From the NCBI RefSeq assembly GCF_022539665.2, contig NC_081331.1, positions 1,612,001 to 1,676,000 of the forward strand: a stretch of 64,000 nt of DNA. The letters run 5' to 3'. The position numbers were made by a program, and so were the translations under genes. Origin of the DNA: Daphnia carinata. Taxonomy: Eukaryota. The notes under the pieces were generated by a model. The model had not been told where the DNA came from. It was given only the letters and a program-made list of their open reading frames with translations, and searched no databases. Shown piece after piece: positions 1 to 13,500 of this stretch (its first letter is position 1; each line of letters opens with the position of its first letter).

Positions 1-3000
1 TTTTGTCTTCCCTCTTCAATCTCCTCGTTTTTAAAATATTCTTTTATTGGCCCCCTTGTTTTGTTCTTCTTGGCCAACAACAGCACCGCCTCAAATCAAT
101 TGGAGTCGCTGCAGTTGGTTGCCTGCCGCCGCCGCTATACAGTCATCTCGACCGATGATGGATCATCTTTTCTTTTTTAACGTACAGAGAGACAAGAGAC
201 GCGAGCCCCAAATCCGTTTCGGTCGCTATTATTACATACAATATGTAGACAGTACGAGGCGTTTAAACTGCGTGACGAGTTTGCCGCCTACAATAAACGC
301 CGACGTCGCCGCCGCCGCCGCCAGCCACCAACATTTCAATGTTCCAACAATATAATGTGCGTTACATTCCGCCTAACTTTTCTCTCACGTCGGTCTACAT
401 TTCTACTTATAGCGCCTTCGAATCAAAGCAAAAGCAGGGCAGCAGTCCCGGTTAACCGATGAACGATAGACGTATGAGGTACGCCATGGAATTCTACGGG
501 TCGCCAATCACGCTCGCCCTTTTCTTTTGTTCTTGTGGGTTCGATTCTTTTGATACGCTCTTTTTTTCTACTTCCCACTGCTCTACACGACGGTGTATAT
601 TACTCGGTCGGTAGCGGAGAGGAATGTACAAGATGTCATTTCAGGGTTCTCTAGAAACTGAGCTCACTGTTGGTCTTGAAAATAGATAAGAAAAAAAAAA
701 GGATCCACGGGGTAGAATGAAACGGTTCTATTATAATTAATGGCGGCGTCGAAAAAAGAAATTCTTTTTTTTTGCTTCTCTTTTGGATTTCTTTTGATTC
801 GAAATAAAAACGGACGAGTCAAAGAGAGAAGAATGAAAGAGAAACATCCAGTGTGCCTGCATAGTCTTTTTTATCCGTCTAAATGTCCCTGAATATAATT
901 TCAATTCACTGGCAATTTTCTCGTAATGGACAGCATTGGCTATATAATGTTTGATGAATAGCTATTCCACTATGTATATATGTATGTCTGTAGGACAGGC
1001 TCGTGAATGAGTTAATAACGTTTGAGTTGTAGCCCATCTCGTCCTCTCTTGTGAGTCTTTAATATTTCACGGTAACGTGTATAACTACGCGTGCACTGTC
1101 CTATCCTTTATGCATACAAGTTTGTACATTTGAGCCTGAAACGATTTATGAATACCTTGTTTTCCCAAAATGGAATACGTCGAAATTATTTTGTTATTAT
1201 TATTACTCTAGATGTAGATGGCCCTTACTGTATTCTTCATTCTTTCCCTTCAAAGACATACATTCCTTTTTCTCTTCCTGTTATTCTATTAACAATTTGA
1301 ATGATTATTCTTTCGAAAAAGAAGGAATTGAGAAATGTTTTTGTACTCGCAATCTCTCGGTTGAAATGCTGGTTATTCATTCTCTGTAGAACTAAATATC
1401 GCGATGTATTTTTCTATAGAACTTCATTTTCTCTGGTCATTCCATTCTCATTTTCTAGTTGTGTAACGAATTTGTAGACGCTAAATATATTTATTTAAAA
1501 AATTGCAGTGTGCGATGAGCTTTCACCGATGGTGTTCATATGCGAGTTGGACGCCAAGGAGAATAGAACACGCAATATGTAATGCAAGGCCCGTGTGTGT
1601 CTAGCGTATTTAATAATAATAGCAGTTCATACTGCAGCGTTCCACGAACAAGAGGAAAAGGATGATGAAGTCATCTGCAGTGTGGTGCCCGCTCGGATAT
1701 CTCATTAAAGGAATTAATGAAGTTGTTAGAAATGGTTTCGCATGAAAACCGCTGATTAAAAAAAATTAAAAGAGAAAAACGAAAAAGAAAAGGAGACGAA
1801 AAACGCCGGAGAATGGGAAAAGAAAAAAAAAACATTTTGATGATCATAAAACAGTTGAGGCGAGTGCGCCAGCTGCGTATAGTTTCATGGAGGCTCAACA
1901 TTGTAATTATAGCCCATGTTTCTCTTCTCTTTTCTTCTTGTTCTTTTTTGTTTTGTAATTAATTCCGTAAACCGGTAAATTAATTCATTCTTTCATTTTT
2001 CCTTCAAGGAGAGAGAGAGAGAAAAGAGATAAGGTGGTACTCGTAATAAATAGGACTACCATACACTTTTTACGTGGGACAAAAAGAAAAGATCAAGTCG
2101 GCGCCGTCTTTATCGTAAATCGACTGCTCCGCTTGCTGGATGGCTGAAGGCTTGCGAGTCGCCATCAACGGTCGTCCGCCGCTATGTAGTTCGAATCCCT
2201 TTTGCTTTGTCCCCTCCTCCTCGTGTCGGCGTGAATGGCCACACAATGGCGGACTGCGGCCCGCCGTGCCACGCAGCAACATAAGGCAGTTTTTCACTTG
2301 TTTTTTTTTTGTTCCCCCTTTTTTTTCTTGTTTCAACGACGACAATCAATCAATGGACTGCTTCGTTCAGTGGCGAATAAAATGAAGCCATCAAAGCTGG
2401 TGGCTTTTTTTTTTTTCCTTTCTCCAGTCTTTAGTTTTGGCTTTGAATTCGGCTCTTATACGCCATCAAAACATAATAATAAAAAAACACCAACAATAAC
2501 AAGCGTGATAACAACGGCGACAAGAATGACTTATATACAGACGAGAATAACATTCACGCACTATAAAAAGATGATCTGCGGTGATTATCTCAGCCTGCAG
2601 TCCATTATGTATCGCCATTACGAGCCAGTTTTTTTTCTTGTTGTTTTCATTTCATTGCCGCACTGAAATGAAATCATTACGAGCACTCGAGAATGATGCA
2701 TAGCAATCCAATGTAACGGATCTATTATGCAGAGTATTGTTTAGTATCGCGTACTTGGTGCCTTCCCCCCCACTGTGAATGTATTTCTCTTAAAGAAATA
2801 TGAACGAAATCACCAGCGCCTAAAGCATCATATTGTTACATTCACTCAATGACAATAGTTTTTGTTTGATTCCAGCATCGTATGTTATTCAACAACATTG
2901 TCCCCTTTTTTTTCCCTCTCAATTCATCGTATTAGAGAAACAAAAAAGCGCTTCTGATGAAGAAAAAGATGTCGAATTCCATACAATAATAATAGACGTA

Positions 3001-3610
3001 AGACAGTGTGCGATGTCTACGCTTCAGACTGTGTGCGCTGGCTGCCGGTTTGCTTGCTGGATGCGCATTTAAGATGGATTGATTGTGTGAGTGGCCGTGT
3101 TGTGTGCGCCGTGTTACGAAGGAAAACAAAAACTGCTGGGGAAAGTTGATAGGAAAGGACTGTAAAGAAAAGGAGAAGAAAAGAGCAGCCAGCGCTGTGA
3201 TTATGTGAATCAGCAAGCCAAACGATTAATAATGGGTTGTGTGAGTTTGGACGTCATCTCGACAACGAGCCGGTGACGGATGGCTGCCCTTACGATGCTC
3301 ATATATCCGGACAGGTATGTGTATACCCGTGTAACACATATACACATACGTGCTTCATACGGTTACACAGAGTACCTGTACACACATCCAGGTAGGCAAC
3401 GGCAGCAGCAATTATTCAATAATCAGCTGACCCTTTTTTCTTTTCTCCATTTCTTATTTCCGTTATCTAAACTTTTCCTTCATTTTTGTTGTTGTTCTTG
3501 TCGAGAAAGTTATTCTCCACCGGGCTTTTTTTTTCGTCTATAATTATACACACTCGAGCTATATAGTCGTCTCAATATATAAACACAAGCAGCCAACACA
3601 TCAACTCTGT

Positions 3611-3638
3611 ACACACACACACACACACACACACACAC
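3611..3638. repeat. (AC)14 microsatellite
   Basis: Direct reading. Confidence 0.95.
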
Positions 3639-4446
3639 TGGTACACGGTCTGCTTAACGCTAAGGAAAAATCCAAGTCAATCATCAACAGCAACGAACGC
3701 ACAAGTTTGGGAAGTGACGTGTGAAATCTTGTCTGGCTGCCGTCGTTTCCCGCAGCACGGAATTTAAGCTCAGTTTGGCTTCATTTTCAATGTGATGCAT
3801 GGGCTTCATAATGGCAGGAAACGGACAATTGCTGTTTGTTTGTTGTTTTTTTTTCGGGCCGGTAAATGTATCACTTCTTTTTATTTTTCGACAGTGTGAA
3901 CAGCAGCAAAACAGAGCTCTTGTTCCGTGTTTGTATGTTTGAGTCTTAAAAAAAAAAAAAGTTTCTGTTGTTTTCATTACTGGCCACAGGACGAAACGCT
4001 CCACTGAATTTTTGATCCCCACGGCCCTGATGAATTGATTTATAATTCAACGAATTTAAATTTGCATATTCAAACTGGTCCGGGCAGCACGCGAGTGTAT
4101 TGTTTGGTTGTTTTTTTTTTGTATGATGATATTTCAAAAAAAAAAAATTTTAAACGGAGATGGATAGAAAAGGGGGGCTAACGGACGAGATGTGGAGGGG
4201 GGATGGACCTGAAAGTATAGGGTGGAAAGGGAAGGAATTATTTGTGAGGTGTAGACAAACATTTAAAAATTTTGGGTTTTTTAAATATACAACTTATTGC
4301 ACCATATATGTATGAGACATTGATATATAATTTATTTCATGTTGGAATGCAATTTGACGAGTTGAAAGGGAGAAACAATGAACATGAACAAAATAAAAAA
4401 ATGGAGAAGAAACAATCAACGGAGAGAACGATGCGCCGTAAAAATG

Positions 4447-4449
<3 letters not shown>

Positions 4450-4480
<31 letters not shown>
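4450..4480. repeat. (AC)15 microsatellite at the start of the unc-4 3' UTR (UG repeat in the mRNA)
   Basis: Direct reading; it begins 4 nt after the unc-4 stop codon. Confidence 0.95.
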
Positions 4481-4484
<4 letters not shown>

Positions 4485-6910
4485 TTAGCGACAATTAGAA
4501 GACAAGAGACTCTCGATACTGAAGGAATGATTGCTGCTGGGTTTGGCTGATGCTTGCGGGGACGAGGACGCTGCGGCGTTAACGACAGGTGGGTTAAGCA
4601 ACTCGACTGGGAAATGCCTGATGACCCTGTCATCCGACGATGAAGAAGACATGGACTGTTTTATATGTTGCTGCTGTTGAAAAATGTTCAATTTGAGAAG
4701 CGATTGGTTGAAATGCTGCGCGTTATCCTCGTTGGCGATATCGACGTCTCCGACGACGTCCACATCGACGTTGTTAGCGCTGTCGCAGCTCATGGACGAA
4801 TCATCACCGGACGAATTACTGGCGTCCATTCCAGCCATTAAATTGCAGCTGGAAGCGTCGTGAGTTGCGCTGCCCGAACCACCACCACCCCCCAAATAGA
4901 ACTTGCTTCCGTGTTTGCTTCCGCCGGAAGATTGGCCCGACAGTTTGTTACGGTGCTGCGTCTCCCACTCGGCGCGAAGACTGGCCATGTCAACGTGGAT
5001 GCCTTTAAGAGCCAGCTTCTTCTGTTGCTTCTCCAGCGACTTGAGCAGTTTCTTCTCTTTGCGGTCGCGCTCTTTCCGCTCCAGCTCTTCCGCCGGAATC
5101 GGCTCGCCGGAACAAGTTTGTGGGTGGGCATTGTGAGCCGGTCGGCCTGGGCCTTTCTTTGTATGCTCCTTCTTGCGCCATTTGGCTCGTCGGTTTTGGA
5201 ACCATACCTGTTTCATTTCGAAAGACAATAATCGTTAGTCAGAGTTCGACATGTTGAACAGTTTAGTATGAAGTGCCAGGCCTTTTATGTTCCACAGACA
5301 TATCTGGACACGCGAAATCTTTTGACATCGTGAACAGACAAGTTTAGGCCTGAATTGAGTAAAATATGAATGAGCTTACAGCAACTCGAGATTCCTTGAG
5401 ATCCAATCTCATGGCAAGGGCCTCTCTCATGAAGACGTCGGGGTAGTGACTGGCCTGAAACGCTCTTTCCAACTCCTCCAACTGCCAAGTGCTGAAGTTG
5501 GTCCGTGAGCGACGACGTTTGCCCGTCGGATCATCCAGATCGGGATCTGTAATCAAATCAAATCAATGTTATTATTCAAATTCACGATTTCACGTTTTCG
5601 TGGAAAGCAGAATGAAAGACGTTCATTTCAGTCTCTTTGTTGGGTTCAATAATTTCTTATTGCTATTTGAGTTTTTAGAAAGGTCATTTAATGCCGATAG
5701 GATAAAGGAGTTCACGTTTTAAAGACTTTTGACTCGGATCGTTCACAAATTGATTAACTTTGTTCCAGGTCGTTTATTCCTAAAACGAATTTTCCTCTTG
5801 TCAGCCATAAATTGAAAGTCGTGAACAATCCTGATGCAATCACGAACCAACTCATTTCCCAAAGCCAATAACGGTCGTACATATTTCCTCGTCAAGTCTA
5901 CCCAAACGAATAATGAATTCTTTTTACTTCGAATTCTATTTACTCCAAACCCCTCCCGATTTCCATTTCGCCGTTTAAAATAAATAACTCCAATGACGAC
6001 GATGACTGTGGAACTTCGTGATTATTATCCGACTGGAAGCATCGTGACGGAGCTATATAGATTCCTACACAGAGGGATCGTCTAAAATTCAATAATTCAT
6101 GCATATAACTCCATCCCTTATTGAATGCAACTGGCAGCACGACGGAATAATTGAACTCCCAACGAACAGGCCGGCTACGAACGTTTCATAAACAACTTAA
6201 AAGCCACGAGCCAAAAGGCCTATACACGTAACACCTTCACTGCTACACTGACCTGTTTTGTTGAGGTCGGTATTTTCATCGAGGCTCGGTGAAGTGGGTG
6301 GAGTGTGCGGGAGTAGGCCGTTACTTCCTCGTTCACCACTGCGTTCCGTGACACCACTGCCGGCGCTTCCGCATGCCGGCGATGGCAGTTGTTGCTGATG
6401 ATGTTGCTGTTGTTTCTGCAACACCATCGGCTGCTGTTGCTGCTGATGTTGTTGCTGTTGTTGCTGCTGGAACTGAGGCGGACTGGCGTAAGGGAAAACA
6501 TTGTACGCCGACGGCCTAGAGTTGACTGCACCCGTTCCCGACGGATGATGAATTCCGAACGGCAATAATGAGCTCAAATTAGGCCGACCGATGCCCAGCA
6601 TTCCTGCCTGGAAGGACATCGATGACTGATTGGCCAACATTCGTAATCCGCCTAATCCGCTGAGGCCGTTTAAAGTTCCAAACGGCCCGAAAGGAAACGC
6701 TCCGGCCATGGATAAGGCGGCAGCGGCTGCTGCGGCCGCTGCCGATGGTCGGTAAAGTAGCCCATTTGATGTCGTTAAACACGGGTTCTGTTGATGATCA
6801 GGAGCCGGTACGGCAACCGGAGGTGATGCTGCAACTCGACTGTTTCCATTGTTGTTGTTGTTGTTATTAGCTGATTGTTCCCTCATCATCTTGTCCGATT
6901 GAACAATCAT
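4485..6910 (-). CDS. unc-4: Unc-4/UNCX paired-like (Q50) homeobox transcription factor, 3 coding exons, ~515 aa
   Basis: Exons 6910-6253, 5546-5380 and 5207-4485 join in frame through GT-AG introns (1548 nt). Homeodomain [58 protein letters not shown] is followed by the Unc-4 extension [26 protein letters not shown]-terminal eh1/Groucho-binding motif FSIESLL. The start could instead be ATG 6889 or 6886. Confidence 0.95.
6384..6470 (-). repeat. CAG/CAA poly-glutamine (opa-type) coding repeats in unc-4 exon 1
   Basis: Encodes [27 protein letters not shown]. Poly-Ala (~6716-6743) and poly-Asn (~6848-6868) tracts are in the same exon. Confidence 0.9.
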
Positions 6911-7405
6911 TTCTTCGAAAAGAAATGTTTTGAACAGCTGGCAACTATCGAATAACCGCTGATTGTTTTTCTCTATTGGCTTCACTACAACTTGTATAGG
7001 ACACTGTTAATGCTTCAACTCGGATGAAAATCACTTGACGAAACACTTCACTCTTTCCTTTGTGACTGGAGCTGATGTTGTCGAATCGATGCTTGCAATG
7101 TTTGTAACACACTTTGATGTTGCACTGCACAAATTCACGTTTGGATCAAGAACAGCACAAACACAGTTAGAGTGAAGTGAAAAAAAAGTCTGTTGTAAAA
7201 GCCTTGTGAGTTGGAAGATGGTTGGTGTTATGTTTTGTACTGGTGAGCATGGGGGGGATCAGACGTGCACCCGGCTGGACGTGGCACGCATGAGTGCAGA
7301 GGCGTCGGCTGACTCGGCTCTCTCCATCATCGTTTTCTCTACCTCCCTTTTTTGTGTGCCTTAACACAACTATGGTGGCTGGTGGTCGTGTAGTTAACAG
7401 GCAGC

Positions 7406-7525
7406 AGAGAGAGAGAGAGAGGGGGGGAGGCGGCTGGATAGCGGAGGAACTCCACCTATCCAGCCAAGAGGCTCCTCCTTTTTCAATTTACATCCGACCA
7501 ATCGGCGACCAGACGGCCCGATTGG
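7406..7525. promoter_or_regulatory. unc-4 proximal promoter elements: GAGA tract and inverted CCAAT pair
   Basis: (AG)n tract at 7406-7421. CCAATCGG (7498-7505) and CCGATTGG (7518-7525) form an inverted pair ~0.6 kb upstream of the ATG. Confidence 0.4.
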
Positions 7526-10500
7526 CGCGGCTCTAGCCAGATTGAATCATTCGACAGCTACAAATAACAACAACAACAAGGACGGTAACGAGAAAAGTAA
7601 AAAAATATATACGAAAAATACTAACGCAAGTTATCCTTTTCTCTATGTATGTATCTGTAGCGATCGTCCATCAGTTTCAGCTTCCCCCTTCATATCTCAT
7701 TTGATCATTTTCCATTTCGTTTATATGCGAGCGCTTTGTTGTTCCATGTGTGGCTCTTGAGTAAAAATTCTTTTTTTCGCTACATCATCCGACCATTAGA
7801 TTTATTCAATCATTACGTAGAATAATCATTATAGGAGACTACGTAGTGCCATATTTTTACATCTTAAATCAAAGCAGGAAAAAAATAAGACGTCACGGAA
7901 CTCTTCTGCGTAGTTGCAGCCTTTAGATATACAGTGCCAATACCAGACCCCCTGGTGGTGCCTAAGACCAATCCCATGTCAAAGCCAAGGAACAAGGCCA
8001 TTACAGCTCCATACAGTCCGGAAGCATAGAGACATCATTTTCCTTTTTACCAGAAGGGAAAGTGCAATGTACCTGGACGTGCACAGGTGTACGAAGCGCT
8101 TGAGAATGTAAACATGACGTCACCTGTCACAGCTGCGCCCATCTAGGCCCTTACGTCCAAGAGAATCAAACACATTAAAGAGGATTCCGTATTGTTTTAA
8201 ATGAAGAAAAACATTGAAATTAAAGCTGGAAGTATTGATGTAGCTTCTGGAAAAGAATATTAATGCAGTTAACGTTATTTGGAGGTTGTGATAGGCGACT
8301 GAATGTCGATGGGAAGTCGTCCATTTTCCTGGATACGATAAAAAAAAAATAGCTCACGAACACAAACTTAAAATTGGGACTGTCTTCGATGGGTCGTCTT
8401 ACTTTGTTATGACCGGATGATTGTTCGGACCCATTGATCAAATTTTTGGAGGCCTCGAAACGTCTAGACTTTTATAGTACAATAAGCCAACCGTATACAA
8501 GTTCCCATAGTTTGTGTTAATAAATAACTCGATAGGACGTGTGTGACCTATGATTTTGGTTAAATGTAAACATGGACGGACGATTGGCCCAGCCGCAAAC
8601 AGCATAGTCCTAAAGTACATAGTAGACGGCGTTATCTTCCCCTCTGTTATCGGCAATTTTATGCTATTAAGGCCGTTATAATGGAATGGGAATTTTATTT
8701 GCTCATCCTTTATTTTTCTCTCTCTCTTCAATAGACGATGGGAAAGGAGGAGGACCAAAAAGAATGGAAGAGGGTTGGGAGGGATTTATAGAAAAAAAAA
8801 TATCCCATGGAGTTTGAGGTATTTCTTAAGTAAGATGTACGTTGTTGCACGACAAAGTCAGGTATACGTACAGTATATGAACGGTTCGTTTTGAGTTATT
8901 TGTCCCCCGTATACAAACCCCAACCTATAATACAATATTGTGTGTAATGTCGTGTGCACTATAACATAACGGACGATGATTTTACGCGCACGTCTGGGAG
9001 AAAAGTCAATTGCCGTGCAATCATTTGTGTGGGACTTACAAATTGGTTTGTTCTACAGCCGTTCCGTGCAAATATTTTGACAGCAAATACGTTTCCAGCA
9101 CGAAATTCGACGTTTCACAGTCGTTTTGTGCGTCTTTTTCTTTTCCCATCCATTCGTCAAAATGGAATCGGAGATGAATATATGTTAAATACATTTTTCT
9201 CCATGAGTTACGCAAAATTAACTAACCGTAACCGCGGATGCCTTGCAGGCAATGTGGCATCAGTAAAAGCAAATTTCGTTTGCCGAGCACAGCCATAACA
9301 GCCGGGACCTAGAAACAAAAATATATAAAAACGATTTTCTAGGCCTAGATCTTTATCATATTCATACGCACTTTAAGACGTAAGAGGCTGTACGTTCCCG
9401 AATTGTCAAAAACGCGAAGACGCTGTTCTCTCTGAACAAGATTTCTGTTTTGCCAACACACACTTTCAGCATGAGGGAGCAGAGGAAAGCGCATTAGATT
9501 AGGGCGCGTAACATAAACATAAGCAGGTCATCTATTTGTTGATGGGGGTATTATTTCAATAGGTCACGTGCCATCGCCCTCTTTTTCTTTCTATGTAAGT
9601 ATTATCTCCTATTCTTCTTCCTTTTGTCCTCTATTTATTATAACCACCCTTCTCGTCGCTCTTCCGCAAATACAAAGAACAAAAAAAAAAAAAAAAATGG
9701 AAGGCGTTTGTTGTTGTATATCGGCACGTGTCACGCGCACCGAGACGTCTGCTCCCGACCGGCGTCAACCTCGCCCCCTGCCCGGCCACCCTGACAAAAA
9801 AAAGAGGGGAAATCATGTCACGGATAAAAGGATTTACCTATACACACCGCAGGATGACGGCAAGATGGATCCTCTTTATTCCCACACACAACCTCACCCC
9901 TCTTTACTCTCACTTATAAAAACAGCTATAGTGTCTCGGTTGTTGTTGTTGTATAGCTCAAATGTCATGGGATAATTCGCTGCAAAAGATGGCCAACCCT
10001 CTTTATGTACACCACCCACTGTCCGTGTGTGTGTCCCTTCCACCCTGTGGATTAGCCAACTCTGCGCACGTCTACACACAGAGGTAAGGATCAGTAGCGT
10101 GTCAGATGAAGCACAACTAATTAACCAGCCCCATATAACACGGCTCTGTAGGGGGGCGAGTGCCATATATAGCATGAAAAGTTCCAGGCATATTAGACAA
10201 GAGGCTCTATGATTCGGATGTGACAACGAACAGAGCGTAAAAATAAAACTCCCCCTTTTTTTTTGCCATAGATCGGACTTCGATTCCGTCCCGTTCTCAT
10301 GCAATAACGTCTGCGGCGCGTGTGTGCGCTCAGATTGCGCCTTGTATTACAAGTCGGCGTGATCATCAATCAACTCATTTGCATTATCAGGACCCCAGGC
10401 GTGGATTAACTGGATAATTGGATGCTCTTTTCTTGTTTTACTTCCCATTGCCGTTTGTTTAATACTTTCTTTTTATTTGCAACTGTTTTTATTTATATAT

Positions 10501-13500
10501 TAGATTCTTATAGCCATTTGGTACAAAAGGATCCGTGTCATTAACATCCTCATCCTCACAGCTTCCACCCATTACATAAATACAGCTTTTACATGTATAG
10601 ATATCCAATTATTATATTACATTGATATTTTTCTTTATTGCCCAGGCATTCCTCGCATTCCATTCTACAAGCGTTACATCGCCGTTCGTTCAGCGTATTT
10701 AAATTCTCGCCTTTGCGATGATTGTCATGTCTTTTTCGATAAGAAATGATTGTGAAAATGATGAGGACTAGGACGGGCAGAAGTGCAGGAATGGGAAAAG
10801 AATTCCCAGGGTAAACAGTTGTCTGGAAAAAGGGAACCGTGTGACCAATACGTTTTTGTTTCTTTCCAAATAGCGAAGCTGCTTATTTTCTTATTAAAAT
10901 ATTATGATGCATTTATTTTTGATTATTTATATGATTATGTATAATATATAAACATAGGAAGTACGTATATAAATAGAAGAGAGGGGATAATATACATTAT
11001 CACGCGGGCAGAGCTCCGCACTGCCTCTTCTCTTCGTTCCGGCACGTCCTTTGATGTATCAGCGGCGGCGTCGGAACCGATCGACGGCGGCGATGTTGGC
11101 GCGATAGTTGACTCATTTAAATGTAAATAGGCACCAGAAAAGCCCCTCCATGTTAGTAAAGAGGAGGAGGATATAACACGAAGAAAAATCGAGAGGGGGG
11201 AGTGCGTATCAACCCAAAAAGGAAAGACCAAAAAAAAAAACACGGAGAATTGGAAGAGAGCTAACACACACACACACACACGAAGGATATAGAAAATGTC
11301 TAGTGTTATTATTGATACGCTACGCAAGAAGAAAGAGAGAGGAAAAAAACACAGCAGCAAAAAGAAAAAAGATATTCAAAAAGTCCATTGGTGAGACGAT
11401 TGTTGCCGGCTGTTAAACATCCGGTTTGATATGACTGTAGTGATCCGATATACATGTATAAATAGTGTGTGTGTGTGTGTGTGTGTTCTCATGTCTTTTC
11501 GATCCGGTTATAATATGACACCAAAATATACAAACGTCTCTTTTGATAAAAAGAACAAACGCCAGGAAAATAATGTATGCTGTATGCATATATGTATTTC
11601 AGAACCAATATGGGCATAAAAAAATATTGGGACGATAGCAAATCAAAAACGATGTAAAATAAAAGGAGATGGGAGAAAAAAAAAAAGAATAGACAGCCAT
11701 TACGCAACGAGTTAAATTTTCTATTGCAACAGCTTCTGTGATTCGATCGAGTAGAAATGCATTTTTAGGATTGAACAAAAAACAATAAGCGAAATTTGGG
11801 GGCACCCGATCTCGGCCGATTGTTCCACCTTTTTTACATTTTCGATTAGAAAAATATTTCGCTCCAACTATGTAATAACAAGAAACCGTCTTTTCCCACA
11901 AATCGATTCGATCGCGAGCACACGCACGCATTCCTGCTGGAAAGCTTGCGCGACATAATACAAAAAAAAAGAAAAATTACATTTATTTCTTCGCGTGTTT
12001 CATTGTCGTCTTTCGCATATTCAACTTCTTTTGTTTTTCATCATTCACTCTAATTGTGAAAGTTCCTCCATTCGCCCTCTTATTAAACAGCGGATGATGA
12101 AGGCGAAAAGAAAAGAAAAAGAAAAAGAAAACCAGACGCAGGTCGCAGACTTTGCTGTGGCCTCTGCATATCATCGCAATCATCGCGTTTCGCTGAAACC
12201 CGTCCTACTTAATCACATAGACGTTGCCGTGTATATGTTTTGTACATTGCACTCGTGTTAGTCGCCATTGCAGGCCAGAGATGGATGTAACGCTTTGCGT
12301 GACTGACTGATGAAAATAATCACCTGGCACTCAGAAGCGCCATTTTGTTCTCGGGGTATTATTATTATTATTATACTAAACCAACTTCCTTTTTACTGTT
12401 TGCGCAGAAATCTGATTCTCGGCTTTCCTTTTCCATACGTTCCAACGGTAAAATAACCTAGACGTGTGCAGCAATCACCTGATTCCCTGCATGGCACATT
12501 TTTCACACTTCGAGTTCAGAACAGTAACGCGATAAAATTGATGATCGTTGACGAAGTAGCAAGAAGATTGCGGGACATGTAACGGCCATATCAAACGCAG
12601 TTTTATAACACCGAAGTGACTCGAGAAATAAAAGGTGAGACTCAAATTAAGGTGAAAACGTATAAAATGATGTGTCACTCATTAACTCAAATGAATTCGT
12701 GACCGCACTTTACAAGCCCTTCGTTCATTTGCTTCAGATTCGCCGGAGCAAAGGTGGGGCCTCGTTGGCACATTTATTTCCTTCGTCGGGAATGTAACCT
12801 ACAATCAAGTTGAAAACGAAACACGACTACAACATTATTCATCGTTCAGGTGAGGCTCCCAGGGATTGGGTATAGACTATATCACCTGGCCTATCTGGGA
12901 GTGGGGAGGGGGGGGGGAAGAAAAGGAAAAAGAAAACACCGAATAAAGAGAGAAAAGAATCTCCATTGGATTAACATAATTGTATGCTGCATTAACTCTA
13001 TATGCGTCTAGGATAAAAATCGTGTTATAATAGACGCTATAGTTCGCTACGTATTTATTATACACGGAGAAAGAAAGCTGAGAAAAAGACTGAACATTTG
13101 AAAGGCATGCGTGTTGTCTTTATTGTGTTGTGTGTGTTTGTTGGCTTGTGATTTATTTGCTACCACAAGTTGTGACATTTCTACATATAAGATATACCGT
13201 CGCAGGATTTATACAGACCAAAAAAAAAGATAAAGAAAAGAAAAAAAACATTCCTCCAACTAAAAGAGACACACACAAAAATCGCCCTCAGGAAAAAAAA
13301 GGTTGTAATTTCTTTTTTCTCCCCTCACGGAACTATTACACGAGCGCGAGAAAAAAAAAAAATAGGAAGAGGAGAACTTGGGCGCAGTTGGCGTTAGACA
13401 GGGGTAAAATAGTTTAAATGAAAATAATCAAGAATCAGAATTGGGGAGAGTGGTTGCTGCTGCTGTATACACGCTGATTTATGGCGCACCTGTGTCCGTA

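Noticed and set aside
47..4400. Short ORFs downstream of unc-4 (e.g. 2235-2666, 3684-4022)
   Set aside because: Composition is driven by poly-T/A runs and microsatellites; no domain and no consistent exon chain.
4838..5231. Alternative-frame and antisense ORFs over unc-4 exon 3 (4860-5231 +, 4838-5131 -)
   Set aside because: Shadows of a GC-richer coding exon.
6911..6985. ORF-track N-terminal extension of unc-4 (MKPIEK...)
   Set aside because: It starts at GTG; the first in-frame ATG is 6910.
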